DNA of 64,000 bases from an uncultured Ignavibacteriaceae bacterium (GCA_964559565.1 CAZLJI010000001.1:24053-88052); one strand, 5' to 3'; counted from the stretch's first letter, positions 18,501 to 26,672 are shown. Program-made: numbers and translations. Notes: a model not told the origin generated them from the sequence alone.

Positions 18501-19612
18501 TCAGACATCATGAGCTTAAAAACACCATGAATGTCTCCCTTTGTTTCCATTAACTGCTTGCCAAGTTCGCGTATCGTTCCGCCTTTTCCAATAAATTGCG
18601 TAGCTATGTTTTTCCATTCACCGGTTATCGTTGTAAACATGGAAGTAGCAAACTGCATTGACTCAGATCCGCTTACTCCCATCGCCTTGAATGCTCCTCC
18701 AACCTTCATTAAAGACAAAATTATTTTCTTTACTTCACCTGGACCTGCTGTTGAAAATGTAGCTAAATTCTTGTCTAATGTAGTTAGAACATTCGGGAGA
18801 GCTTGCATCGCCTCTTTGCCAATATCAGCCGATTTGGCCATGGCAAAATAGGTATCGATCATTCCCTTTGCTTCTTTTGTATTGAATCCATAACTTTTAG
18901 TTAAATTGGAAAATACGGTTGCAAGTTGTTCTCCTGTTACCCCCATCGTGCTCGTTATCTGTACAAGTCTTTTTATTCCTCCGGCTAATCCTTTACCACC
19001 AATTGCTTCGTTTAAATTTATTCCATGTTTTCTAAATTCTGCTACCGAACTAGCAGCACTTTGAAAATCAGAATTAAGTGAATAAGTAACGCTTGTAATT
19101 GTATTCTTTAATCTATTTGACTCCTTAGAAGTCAAATTCATTCCGGCTACAACCTCTCCCCATGTTTTTGATGCTTGCGCATATATTGAGCTAAATGCAT
19201 TATCAATTCTAGGATTAAGAGCCTTTGTTGTCATTGAATCTATAAGATTACCAACTGCACCAAAAGCAGCTCCACCCTTTTTCACTACGCTGGATATTCC
19301 GCTTCCTAATCTATTTCCAAACCCCCTTATACCTTCTGTTGCTACAGATAAATTAGGTCCAATGTTTTTTAATGCATGGCCAGCAAAGTTGTATACGGAT
19401 TTTCCAGCCGAAACGAACGCATCAGAAATTTTCTTTCCGGTTGAAACTATTCCATCTGTGGCTTTTTTACCAAATTCTTTTGCTGCATTTGATACGGAAG
19501 AAAAAGCAGATTGAAGTTTTGAAAAGGTTGAAGATAAACCAGTAACAGTCTTTGTAAGATTTTCATCTTTCGCCGAAAACCCAATTCCAAGACCTGCGAA
19601 ATTTAGCGCCAT
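15572..19612 (-). CDS. tail tape measure protein
   Basis: 1346 aa, Ala/Gly/Ser/Lys-rich helical sequence with a central hydrophobic block (about residues 700-800). It lies downstream of the frameshifted chaperone and upstream of the baseplate genes. RBS GGGAGAA. Confidence 0.8.
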   Translation of the reverse strand: MALNFAGLGIGFSAKDENLTKTVTGLSSTFSKLQSAFSSVSNAAKEFGKKATDGIVSTGKKISDAFVSAGKSVYNFAGHALKNIGPNLSVATEGIRGFGNRLGSGISSVVKKGGAAFGAVGNLIDSMTTKALNPRIDNAFSSIYAQASKTWGEVVAGMNLTSKESNRLKNTITSVTYSLNSDFQSAASSVAEFRKHGINLNEAIGGKGLAGGIKRLVQITSTMGVTGEQLATVFSNLTKSYGFNTKEAKGMIDTYFAMAKSADIGKEAMQALPNVLTTLDKNLATFSTAGPGEVKKIILSLMKVGGAFKAMGVSGSESMQFATSMFTTITGEWKNIATQFIGKGGTIRELGKQLMETKGDIHGVFKLMMSDPAKFLKGLYQVSKDAKKAGGPMGATFLRLQEEINKAFGPSMSFLIQDSSGKGIKAMQSMDRVGKNNAKTYDALGKAASKSYSTGLTQGDYYNRMLDAQKASLDRLTQPLVTKWIGDQNKGFSRLKENLDDISKKGGPLAEVTKRFLLVQRVGISGMFTGMNNMGPLIQNFVTQSGPMLAALANMGATFGLLSKLLLPGGFLILGLALFHKGIREKVMDSVSKLWEYVKSKWPEWAPKIKEAVAMAWNAAIEGVKWLMDIAAVMMNKLADAIMKVNWGAVGDKIVSFIGSLFRGIFSAIFGSPFEADMSTAEGRFAAAGGRLIGALAKGMLTIAKKALSAVWDFFTDWSMGLEEGLRSKGRLIGGALVVAMFFGPTRALLLKGVFFFIKTFAMMMARLLLIMATNPIGQIILAIMAAATVIYIFRKQIWEFIQSIGEWFADLGRSIADIWNNVVDWIKNAANTLWEIIKWPWVKLWGIVITVKDGIVDGFNTLVSWIQDAAQALWDIVSWPFKKLGELASEVWEGIKNAASDAWDFISNNAKTSWENTKASVGQAWDAISGAVSATWSKITGESEEEIVKVASGFGGLTSSMSTSMANATQSITSSMQTASQNGTDAMGVLAQNSTIYSNKIGESGTVAANTIATNMTKAGIASSNAMINAKNDAKGSFRETAREAKQSSIESLKLYAKTAKVLGMAPETAKKVQTAIDSLLNKQAAAGGAITEKTLTSVQQEKLASLWGGAVEKGKAQLTQYGLGGYWRGYYEQRLKEVVTSMITQKGMSPEAALKEAQQSTFDFIINSMVKSASREYAKQKTGGFASYGSTEYRKAYKEARSTLISKMKSRQFSGAELGLQSQQEMLSKAGLVASYEKKAAVSTGGGFVAQKSKFKPTVSGNVPEEQKKTVVEKRLSEDTKSAMSNISLQMADLSDAIRALQVYVTITGDVSSFLRYTMTQAGKYKRGSNSGKASDLGAAGAGR

Positions 19613-19664
19613 AAAAATTTTCTCCCGTAAGACCAGCGCTAAATCTAAATCTATCTAATTCTGG

Positions 19665-20737
19665 TCAATGCTTTTTTGCTCTTATGCGGGACATTTCTTG
19701 CTTGTGTTTACTTGCAATGTGCCTCTCAAGATCGTCCTTCCTTCTTACCATTCGAGCCCTTCTTGAGCAAGGCATGTCCATGATTGAATTATAATCAAGA
19801 TTCCATGATTCATGCAAATAAAACACTTCGCTTTCAAGCATTTCTATGTCCCCGAGTGGAAGAAAAAACCCGGTTGTCCGATATCCACCGTTACTTTCGT
19901 TTTTACTCCACAAGATGTACACTTATGTGAAGTGTCCATATCAATTCCACCCTCGTATTCCTCGAATGCTTGTCTAATGTAATTTCTTTCCCTTAAAGAC
20001 AATCCTTGAATGTCTTGCAAGTTAACTGGCCTTCCGTCAATCTCTTGAAGCCTTACCTTAATTTGCAAAGAAAATTGATACGCATCCGCTTCGGTAGCTT
20101 TACTCATTTCACGCTCATGCTTTCCAAGGATAATCCTGCATGTACACTTTCTTCCTGTTGGAAGCTCAAGCGTGTAAACCCTCATTGACGGATCCTTCAT
20201 CTGTTTTTGAGGCAGTTCGCGCAAATCAACAGATTTCCTAAACTCAGATCCACATTTAGGACAATTGGCTCTAAATGTAAAAATATGACCGTTCTCGATT
20301 GAAATCATACGAAGATACAAAAGCATTTGCATCCTATCGCTGATTGTCAAATTATCCACAACATCAGGCATCATGCTTGGTGTTTCAATACTAAAACCAT
20401 CATCGTTGTAAATCTTGACTAAACAAGAACTAAGGATATGAGAGAACCGATGAAACGCTTCTATCTTTTCAGAGGCTAACATATCCTCTTCTTTTCCGGT
20501 CATTTCACGCATGATTACTTTGTTCAAAAGTACTTCTTTTTCGTCCGGTTTTGGCTTGTACAAAAAACCGCCAATCAAAGACAAAGCTCCATATGAAGGT
20601 TTTGCATCATTCGTTGTGTATGGCTTAACTTCTTTGCTGTTATCAAGAACACCACCCTCAGAAAACAACAACGGCTGATTTGATAAATCTTGAGCCATTC
20701 CAGTAGAAGGTCCGCGCTCAACTACATCTTTAGGCAT
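19665..20737 (-). CDS. tail assembly chaperone, predicted -1 frameshift fusion product (about 357 aa)
   Basis: The -1 frame ORF 19665-19922 overlaps the 3' end of the 297-aa ORF. The slippery site G GGT TTT lies in the correct zero-frame register at 19871-19865. After the slip the sequence continues FLPLGDIEMLES...RAKKH. Confidence 0.6.
19844..20737 (-). CDS. tail assembly chaperone (zero-frame product), zinc-ribbon containing
   Basis: 297 aa, immediately upstream of the tape measure. It contains CPKCG...CTSCG. LTISDRMQMLLYLRMISIENGHIFTFRANCPKCG resembles T4 gp26-type/TAC families (recalled, weak). It ends 18 nt after a slippery heptamer. Confidence 0.6.
   Translation of the reverse strand: MPKDVVERGPSTGMAQDLSNQPLLFSEGGVLDNSKEVKPYTTNDAKPSYGALSLIGGFLYKPKPDEKEVLLNKVIMREMTGKEEDMLASEKIEAFHRFSHILSSCLVKIYNDDGFSIETPSMMPDVVDNLTISDRMQMLLYLRMISIENGHIFTFRANCPKCGSEFRKSVDLRELPQKQMKDPSMRVYTLELPTGRKCTCRIILGKHEREMSKATEADAYQFSLQIKVRLQEIDGRPVNLQDIQGLSLRERNYIRQAFEEYEGGIDMDTSHKCTSCGVKTKVTVDIGQPGFFFHSGT
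19865..19871 (-). promoter_or_regulatory. -1 programmed ribosomal frameshift heptamer G_GGU_UUU
   Basis: Minus strand reads CCG GGT TTT TTC TTC, with codons G290 and F291 of the 297-aa ORF. It fits the X XXY YYZ rule, and the -1 frame stays open for 66 further codons. Confidence 0.6.
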
Positions 20738-20945
20738 TTAAATCCCTCCTTAAATTTCCTCTGTTGTTTACCTCTTCTGCCGCAACCTTGTTGTCACGAA
20801 GAAAATTTGCAACGATTTGTCTAATTAAACTAGCTACCGAGCGATCTTCATACCCGGCAATTACTTGCAACTCGTCAAAGTGAGTTCGATCCATATACAT
20901 CTGAAATTTATGCCTTTCAGATGTTTTACTCTTTAAAAGTGGCAA
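20730..20945 (-). CDS. ribbon-helix-helix (CopG/Arc-like) DNA-binding protein
   Basis: 71 aa, TTG start 7 nt after GGAGG. KFQMYMDRTHFDELQVIAGYEDRSVASLIRQIVANFL has a strand-helix-helix layout. It overlaps the chaperone start by 8 nt. Confidence 0.55.
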   Translation of the reverse strand: MPLLKSKTSERHKFQMYMDRTHFDELQVIAGYEDRSVASLIRQIVANFLRDNKVAAEEVNNRGNLRRDLNA

Positions 20946-21000
20946 GTTAACACCTCCGTTACATATTTGATATAGAAGTTTTCCATAACTTTAACTCATA

Positions 21001-21029
21001 CCTATACTAGTCATCAATATAGGTGTCAA
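21001..21029 (-). promoter_or_regulatory. sigma70-like promoter TTGACA-17-TATAGG with a dyad in the spacer
   Basis: Minus strand reads TTGACA cctatattgatgactag TATAGG. CCTATA and TATAGG form a 6-bp inverted repeat. The site lies in a 97-nt gap upstream of the RHH gene. Confidence 0.4.
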
Positions 21030-21042
21030 CAAAACGTGATTA

Positions 21043-21264
21043 TTATTCGTTTGATGGAGTAGGAATCTTGTACAAAAGAGGAAGATTTGGTTGATCTGTT
21101 TTTTTCTTTTTCTTTTTCTTTTTTCCAAGCTCTAAATCTTTTCCAACCCAAACAATTGGAACAATCGGAGAATCTTGACGCCTTATTACTACCATAGGAG
21201 AAACTACCGCCTTCGGATAAACATTTGATGAATAGGTCATCTCTTTTAGTGGAACTAAAATCAT
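21043..21264 (-). CDS. hypothetical small protein with a Lys8 run
   Basis: 73-aa ORF with a 4-nt overlap with the tube paralogue stop. It contains GKKKKKKKKT, encoded by an A/G homopurine tract. Confidence 0.4.
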   Translation of the reverse strand: MILVPLKEMTYSSNVYPKAVVSPMVVIRRQDSPIVPIVWVGKDLELGKKKKKKKKTDQPNLPLLYKIPTPSNE

Positions 21265-21863
21265 GCCGCTAAACCTATTTCTTCTATGTAGTCTATTGCT
21301 AGATCAAGTTCCATGATACTAACATCAGAAGAAGTTGCATCAAAATCGCTTGCAACTTTGTACCTGGTTGGAAAACACTCAAATAGCATCCAAGCTCTTC
21401 CGGGTATCCTGGTAACAGAACTAGTATTCGGTAAAAATCCTTTTGCTATTGCTTCTATTGCCTTAAGCTCGTCCGCTGTTCCTGTTAATCCTAGCGTGCT
21501 ATATCCGCTGTACTGGATCAAAAGCATATTTCTTCTTTGTCCACCAAGCGTATTAGGAAACAAAGATGTTTCATCACCTTTTAGCGTTGCAACTATCCAT
21601 CTCCAAAAGTCTGCATCTTGCATGGATGCACCGCGTTGCAAGGTAATACTGTTTACCGAGCCACCCGTGATAATATGCCTTTTGAAAAAATGATTACCCT
21701 CGTTCATTTCATCTGTTTCTATCGTTAGTTCGGGAGCAGAAATGCTTGAAAACCCAGCTAATGGATTCATAAAAACAAATGGCGGAACCGTTAAAGATGG
21801 AGAAATATCTACCAAATGAAATTGGTAATTTTGTAGATGGTCTGTGAATCTTATCCTTGGCAT
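21261..21863 (-). CDS. tail tube protein paralogue 2 (gp19/eCIS tube family)
   Basis: Start moved to the ATG at 21863 (MPRIRFTDHLQNYQFHLVDIS...). LAGFSSISAPELTIETDEMNEGN and the C-terminal DFDATSSDVSIMELDLAIDYIE parallel paralogue 1. Confidence 0.7.
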   Translation of the reverse strand: MPRIRFTDHLQNYQFHLVDISPSLTVPPFVFMNPLAGFSSISAPELTIETDEMNEGNHFFKRHIITGGSVNSITLQRGASMQDADFWRWIVATLKGDETSLFPNTLGGQRRNMLLIQYSGYSTLGLTGTADELKAIEAIAKGFLPNTSSVTRIPGRAWMLFECFPTRYKVASDFDATSSDVSIMELDLAIDYIEEIGLAA

Positions 21864-21904
21864 TTTAAAAAAACTCCGGTTACGCAAATAAACGCAACCG
21901 GAGT
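21864..21904 (-). terminator. intrinsic terminator/attenuator between the two tube paralogues
   Basis: Minus-strand RNA reads ACUCCGGUU-14 nt-AACCGGAGU (perfect 9-bp stem) followed by UUUUUUAAAAUG. The U-tract runs directly into the ATG of paralogue 2. Confidence 0.6.
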
Positions 21905-21915
21905 TGTATCATATA

Positions 21916-22470
21916 TTAACCAGGATTCCTAATTTGCTCAAAATCGCTTCCATAGCTGATATATTCACATGCCACGTCCATCTCGCTAATAGCAACTTCT
22001 GAACTAGTAGCATCAAAATCAGCTTCAGGCTTAACACGAATTGGATAAGCTTCATGAAGCGTTAAAGCACGAGATCCGACGACACCTACTACTTTTCCAG
22101 AAATGTCAAAGGTGTCTCTTGCTCCCGCAACGTCAGCACGATGAATATTATAGATAGTAATATCAGTTCGATATTCAGCGCCGTTAATGGCAGCGAGCGC
22201 CCATGCCATGAATGGAGCGCCGTTTCCGCCTTCTGCTAACGAGCTAATGCCCTGTTGAAAAGTTGCATCACTAACAGATGGAACTCCCATTTGTTTTCTC
22301 GTCCAAACATAGGTTCCTTCTCTGTATTCCGCACTTTCCATCGAAAGCTCTGGCGTAGTAATGTTGTTGAACCCTGCGTTCGCAGTAGTAATATAATCAG
22401 AACCAGGAGTTCCGATAGATACTGCGAACCGAAAAGCTTGATAGAAATCAGAAGCAATTGGTCTTGGCAT
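21916..22470 (-). CDS. tail tube protein paralogue 1 (gp19/eCIS tube family)
   Basis: 184 aa, RBS AGGAG. FRFAVSIG...AGFNNITTPELSMESAEYREG and the C-terminal DFDATSSEVAISEMDVACEYIS are present. It sits directly after the sheath gene. Confidence 0.75.
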   Translation of the reverse strand: MPRPIASDFYQAFRFAVSIGTPGSDYITTANAGFNNITTPELSMESAEYREGTYVWTRKQMGVPSVSDATFQQGISSLAEGGNGAPFMAWALAAINGAEYRTDITIYNIHRADVAGARDTFDISGKVVGVVGSRALTLHEAYPIRVKPEADFDATSSEVAISEMDVACEYISYGSDFEQIRNPG

Positions 22471-22512
22471 GTTTTCTTCTCCTAAAAATCTTTAACGGTT
22501 ATCCCGTGTTTA

Positions 22513-24696
22513 TTAACCATTATTTACCTTTTGCGAGAACCTGAACCGAATGAACTCACCAGGTTTATTCGGTGCAATGTAAACATCGCATGTCATAATC
22601 CCAGCATCAATATTAGCTTGAGGATTGTTGCTATTATCGCACACTACCCTGAAACTCTCGGAAGGTTTGGTTCCAGCAAAATATCCATCGCTGTGAAGTC
22701 TAAGAAGGAAACTAGTCAAAGACAAGTTGATCTTGGACCAAAGCGTTGGACCATTGTTTTCAAATACAGCCCAATGCGTTGACAAGAAAACACTCTTTTC
22801 AACGAACATGAAAAGCCTTCTAACTTGCACGTATCTCCATTCAGATAGCAACGAAAGAGCACGTGCTCCCCATACCGCCCTTCCTGTTTGTGGCGTGTCT
22901 GCGATTGGGTTAATGTTCGCTGGATAAAGAATGTCCCTCTCGCCTTTAGACAATACCCTCTCGACACCGATTGCTCCGTTGATTGCGCCATCGCTTACAC
23001 CAGCAGGAGCTTTTGACACGTTTCGTTGTTGATCTGTTCTTGCAAACACACCGGCAACAAATCCGCTTCCAGGGATATTTTTTGGCCTGTTATTCGATAG
23101 TGGGTCTGCAATCGTAATCCAAGGATAGTACAATGCAGCATAACTGGTATTGAAATTCCCCGTGTATCTTCGATAATCAATAACTTCTTGTGGAGTCATT
23201 CCAATAGCAGGATCAAGAATGATGTACTTGTCTTTTTTGTCTTCTGCCCAAGAAATCAAATCATTGGCGATTGTTACAGAACCTGCAAAATCAGGAAGAG
23301 ATACGTTTAAAATCTCTTCAATTTTATTGAATGCATAAATGCCTCGCATAGATGCTTCAAGCGTTGGATCTGTTACCTCAGCGCGAGTTAAGGGTCCAGT
23401 TCCGTCCGCGCCACTAGTAAGCGTACACGTGGCACTAGTAGATTTTGCTTGTTGTTTGTATGACAAGTTAATATCATCCCCGGATCCAGGAGCAACATTG
23501 AATGTTACAGACCACGCGCCAGTAGTATAAACAATTGTTCCAGTTCCACCGGCATCTCCGGTTAAGGTTCCGTCGCTATTATCTGTAAATACCTCTGCTC
23601 CATCTGTAACAGAAAATGTTCCGCGAACGATTTGTGGGTACAATGCATAACCAGAAAATGTTAGCAATGCTCCAGTTCCATCCGCTGCATGTTCGCTTGC
23701 AATTGTTCTTGGCGAGATTTGCCATGGAACTCCAGGTGTAGTCCCTTCAGCTATACGAACAAGGCTTGACTCGGAGTTTACAACGTCTTCGATATAGTCT
23801 GGATCCGTGGAAACAGTCAAGTTGACTGGCCCGATTGTTTCGGCCAATGCATAGTCTCCAGCACCAAGAGAAGATTCTTCGTAAACATTGAACGTGAATT
23901 TCGTCCATCCACCGTTTGTCCTATCTAAGTAATCGTCGTTTCCAACAATCTCTACCTTAATAAGATTTCCCCATGCTCCTTCATTTTCAGCCGTAATATC
24001 CCATCTGTTTACAGCGGCAGCACCATCGACAGTATGCGGATAACTAGCAATTGGCAATCCAAGAAGAAGTTCGGTTGCATCATCGGCAGCGGGAGCGGTA
24101 AACGATATCTTTGAAGTAGCAGAAGCTGTGGGAGAAGTAAACTTCAACCTGTTTCCACCGGCTGCTGTATACAAGCTGCAAACACTTGATAATGATGGAT
24201 CAACCAATGCAAGAGCGGCGTTAATGTTAGTAACGATTGTGCTCAATGCATAGCTTCCACCTACTCCAACGTCTCCTGTAACGTCGATTGTAGTAGCAGC
24301 AAAAGAATCAACCGTAAGCTTGATATTGTAATGTGTTGCATCAAGTGTAACAATTGGGTTTGCTGTTTTCCATCCAATCAATGAAGCATAAACACCGGCA
24401 GATTCAATACTACAAGAAGCTTTTACTGCATCGGATGGGACTTCTCGAACCACATATGCCCTAGAGCCACCATTGCTAAAAAAAGCAACTAGTTCATAAG
24501 GAACATAAGAATTGGTCCAATATGATCCAAACTTATTCACAAATGAATCAAACCCGTCAATAAACGTGGCAACTCCTACAGGTCCCCGTTGCAACCATCC
24601 ACAAGTTGCATACGTGGATGTAGAAACACCCTGAATAGGAGATACGGCAGCGGGCCGCTCTTCAACAAAAACTCCAGGTGATAAATATTCAGCCAT
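22513..24696 (-). CDS. contractile tail sheath protein
   Basis: 727 aa, RBS GGAGG. The N-terminus MAEYLSPGVFVEERPAAVSPIQGVSTS and the C-terminal region (ALYYPWI...NVSKAPAG...NPI...RALS...RYVQVRRL) are typical sheath signatures. An inserted shared module lies at about 23452-23691. Confidence 0.85.
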   Translation of the reverse strand: MAEYLSPGVFVEERPAAVSPIQGVSTSTYATCGWLQRGPVGVATFIDGFDSFVNKFGSYWTNSYVPYELVAFFSNGGSRAYVVREVPSDAVKASCSIESAGVYASLIGWKTANPIVTLDATHYNIKLTVDSFAATTIDVTGDVGVGGSYALSTIVTNINAALALVDPSLSSVCSLYTAAGGNRLKFTSPTASATSKISFTAPAADDATELLLGLPIASYPHTVDGAAAVNRWDITAENEGAWGNLIKVEIVGNDDYLDRTNGGWTKFTFNVYEESSLGAGDYALAETIGPVNLTVSTDPDYIEDVVNSESSLVRIAEGTTPGVPWQISPRTIASEHAADGTGALLTFSGYALYPQIVRGTFSVTDGAEVFTDNSDGTLTGDAGGTGTIVYTTGAWSVTFNVAPGSGDDINLSYKQQAKSTSATCTLTSGADGTGPLTRAEVTDPTLEASMRGIYAFNKIEEILNVSLPDFAGSVTIANDLISWAEDKKDKYIILDPAIGMTPQEVIDYRRYTGNFNTSYAALYYPWITIADPLSNNRPKNIPGSGFVAGVFARTDQQRNVSKAPAGVSDGAINGAIGVERVLSKGERDILYPANINPIADTPQTGRAVWGARALSLLSEWRYVQVRRLFMFVEKSVFLSTHWAVFENNGPTLWSKINLSLTSFLLRLHSDGYFAGTKPSESFRVVCDNSNNPQANIDAGIMTCDVYIAPNKPGEFIRFRFSQKVNNG

Positions 24697-24767
24697 TTTA
24701 AACCTCCACTGGCTCGGCAGCTACCTTGCCATTTTAACTTTTCCCTGGCATCGCCAGATTTATTTTT

Positions 24768-25193
24768 TTAAAAACGTTTGTTCTTTCTAAACTTCTTTGA
24801 AAAAAAATTGTTTTGATCAGAGCTTTCTTTATCAGAGTCAAGATCTTCTTGATCAGACTCTTCTTCGTTCTCTAATTCATCTTCTTCTTTGATTGCTCCT
24901 GTTAAATTTAATGTTGGGGTATTATCGCTAGACAAAACAATTTTTTCAGTAATTGGTTGCTCTTGTTTTTCTGTTACTACCGCAGCATCATTTACTGCCA
25001 CTATGTTTTTTTCTTCTTTTGAGGCAACATCAATTCTTACAACTTGGTTTTTTGCCAATAGAGAAACAATTAAAGAGCTTCCTGCTAGAATATCCGGTAT
25101 CTCAAATCTTCCTTTTGCTGCTACCGAATAAACATAATTGCCACCAAGATCAACAACCAAAGGTTGATTGAGTTTGTTTTTAAAAACGGCCAT
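24768..25193 (-). CDS. hypothetical protein with an acidic C-terminal tail
   Basis: 141-aa ORF, RBS AAGGAG, in the operon upstream of the sheath. Confidence 0.6.
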   Translation of the reverse strand: MAVFKNKLNQPLVVDLGGNYVYSVAAKGRFEIPDILAGSSLIVSLLAKNQVVRIDVASKEEKNIVAVNDAAVVTEKQEQPITEKIVLSSDNTPTLNLTGAIKEEDELENEEESDQEDLDSDKESSDQNNFFSKKFRKNKRF

Positions 25194-25214
25194 ATCTATC
25201 TCCTTTTTCGATAA

Positions 25215-25955
25215 CTATACTACACTATTATTATAATTAAAGTCCATAGTTCTTACAGTCTCTGTTACATAAGGATCGTTCAAATCAAGCTCTGCTTCCA
25301 CTGTAACATTTACAGCATATCCACGTTGCCGATCAACTATATCTAGAGCTTCCTCTAAACTAACCGGACCATCTGAATATGCATCATACGTTCTGATTGC
25401 GCCTTCGCTATCTGTTACCCTAACAAAAGAATTCCTTGGCTTGTATGCTCTTAATATAACTTTCAATAGCTTAATTGCGTCGCTCTCGGCTCTTTTTCCA
25501 CTGGTTAAAGCGGATATCATATAGACAATGTTATATGGAAAACCTCCATATTGTTCTTCATAAGATGTGTATCCACTAATGACACTTTCACCATAATTGA
25601 CATTTACATGACTTGCTCCGTCTGCTGGCGATCTATATTTCAAATGAAAACTAGGCCACCTCTCTAGTGAAATATCAATTGAGTCTCTTCTTACAACAAT
25701 GCATGGAAGAACAAATGCGTCTAGCCTGTCATCAGGAGAAGCCCAATGAACCATTACTCCTGGCATTGTCTCGCCACGTAAATTTGGATCTCTGAAATCA
25801 TATGGATATGTTCCATAAGAAATACCGTCTACCATCAAAAAATAATCGTCGTTAACAACAACTGCACCCATGCTTTCGACAATACCCTTGTCAAAATCGC
25901 GAACAAAAACATCTCCTGTTCTTGTCTTGTTCACATATATGGGTTTTTCAGACAT
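25215..25955 (-). CDS. hypothetical protein (possible tail completion/terminator role, by position only)
   Basis: 246-aa ORF. Its ATG abuts the upstream stop. No motif recognised with confidence. Confidence 0.55.
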   Translation of the reverse strand: MSEKPIYVNKTRTGDVFVRDFDKGIVESMGAVVVNDDYFLMVDGISYGTYPYDFRDPNLRGETMPGVMVHWASPDDRLDAFVLPCIVVRRDSIDISLERWPSFHLKYRSPADGASHVNVNYGESVISGYTSYEEQYGGFPYNIVYMISALTSGKRAESDAIKLLKVILRAYKPRNSFVRVTDSEGAIRTYDAYSDGPVSLEEALDIVDRQRGYAVNVTVEAELDLNDPYVTETVRTMDFNYNNSVV

Positions 25956-26243
25956 TTATTTTTCTTCTTTTTTGTCCGCACCCGGATGCGCTTGCTTGGC
26001 AAACCCGAAGTCTGGAGACCTTCTTGCCAAGTACCAGGATAAGCCGGTGCATAAAACAGCAAACCATCCACAAATTTGCATCGCAAGTTTAGGGAGAAAT
26101 CCCGCCGCTGTTAAGCTATTGGATACAATCGCAAGCGCACCAAGCACAAACGAAGTCCATGCAAGCATTTTTGCTCTTTTTTTAGTCATTGGTATTTCAA
26201 CCTGATTAAGTCCGCTCGGTACAGAAGATGGTTTATCAGTCAT
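25956..26243 (-). CDS. small membrane protein, two predicted TM helices (holin-like topology)
   Basis: 95 aa, RBS GAGG. Hydrophobic stretches LAWTSFVLGALAIVSNSL and ICGWFAVLCTGLSWYL are followed by a charged C-terminus. GC-motif copy b lies in frame and encodes AHPGA. Confidence 0.55.
   Translation of the reverse strand: MTDKPSSVPSGLNQVEIPMTKKRAKMLAWTSFVLGALAIVSNSLTAAGFLPKLAMQICGWFAVLCTGLSWYLARRSPDFGFAKQAHPGADKKEEK
25977..25991 (-). repeat. GC-rich quasi-palindrome GCGCATCCGGGTGCG, copy b (inside coding sequence)
   Basis: Plus strand reads CGCACCCGGATGCGC. It encodes A-H-P-G-A near the C-terminus of the 95-aa ORF. Confidence 0.9.
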
Positions 26244-26246
26244 TTC

Positions 26247-26672
26247 TTACCTCATGTTTAATCTGATAAAATCTACAATCTCACGTAGTCTTTCGTTGTA
26301 ATCAGATCCGTCCGGTTCAAGGCTGATTCCAGGATATCCGTCCAAATCTTCCGAGTTAGATAAATATCCAACTTCCTCGTTTTTAATCGGAACAATAAAA
26401 ATATCGAGGTATTCAGGTGTAGAATGAGCAATTAGTTTCAATCCAACCATCTTGCCTTCCTCGTCCCATCCAAATGAAACTTCTCCCGCACCACCATCTC
26501 TTGTTGCTACAGTTTTTAACCCGAAAGCCGGAAATCCTGTTTCGTCGTAAATATCGTTAAAGAGACCCATGATGAAATACTTAAAATCATCTGCATGTGT
26601 TCTAGGAAGATATTCTCCCCAACCTTCATGCAACTTGTTTCTTAGACTTTTTCTTAAACTGAAAATGCTCAT
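26247..26672 (-). CDS. hypothetical protein
   Basis: Start moved to the ATG at 26672 (MSIFSLRK...), which forms an ATGA overlap with the upstream stop. RBS GAAGGTGA. Confidence 0.6.
   Translation of the reverse strand: MSIFSLRKSLRNKLHEGWGEYLPRTHADDFKYFIMGLFNDIYDETGFPAFGLKTVATRDGGAGEVSFGWDEEGKMVGLKLIAHSTPEYLDIFIVPIKNEEVGYLSNSEDLDGYPGISLEPDGSDYNERLREIVDFIRLNMR

Noticed and set aside
15840-18851. Several 70-160-aa plus-strand ORFs (15840-16217, 17520-17999, 18531-18851 and others)
   Set aside because: All are antisense within the tape measure gene. They have no RBS and show the composition expected from the reverse strand of an Ala/Lys-rich gene.
19665-19922. 85-aa ORF as an independent gene
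   Set aside because: Its track start is upstream of a slippery heptamer that sits in the register of the overlapping 297-aa ORF. The G/GT-type frameshift explanation fits its position before the tape measure better than a free-standing gene.
21093-21125. Homopurine/homopyrimidine tract (Lys8 run) as a second frameshift or phase-variation site
   Set aside because: No alternative open frame of useful length follows it, and the chaperone frameshift is already accounted for at 19865-19871. It is kept only as a low-complexity coding tract.
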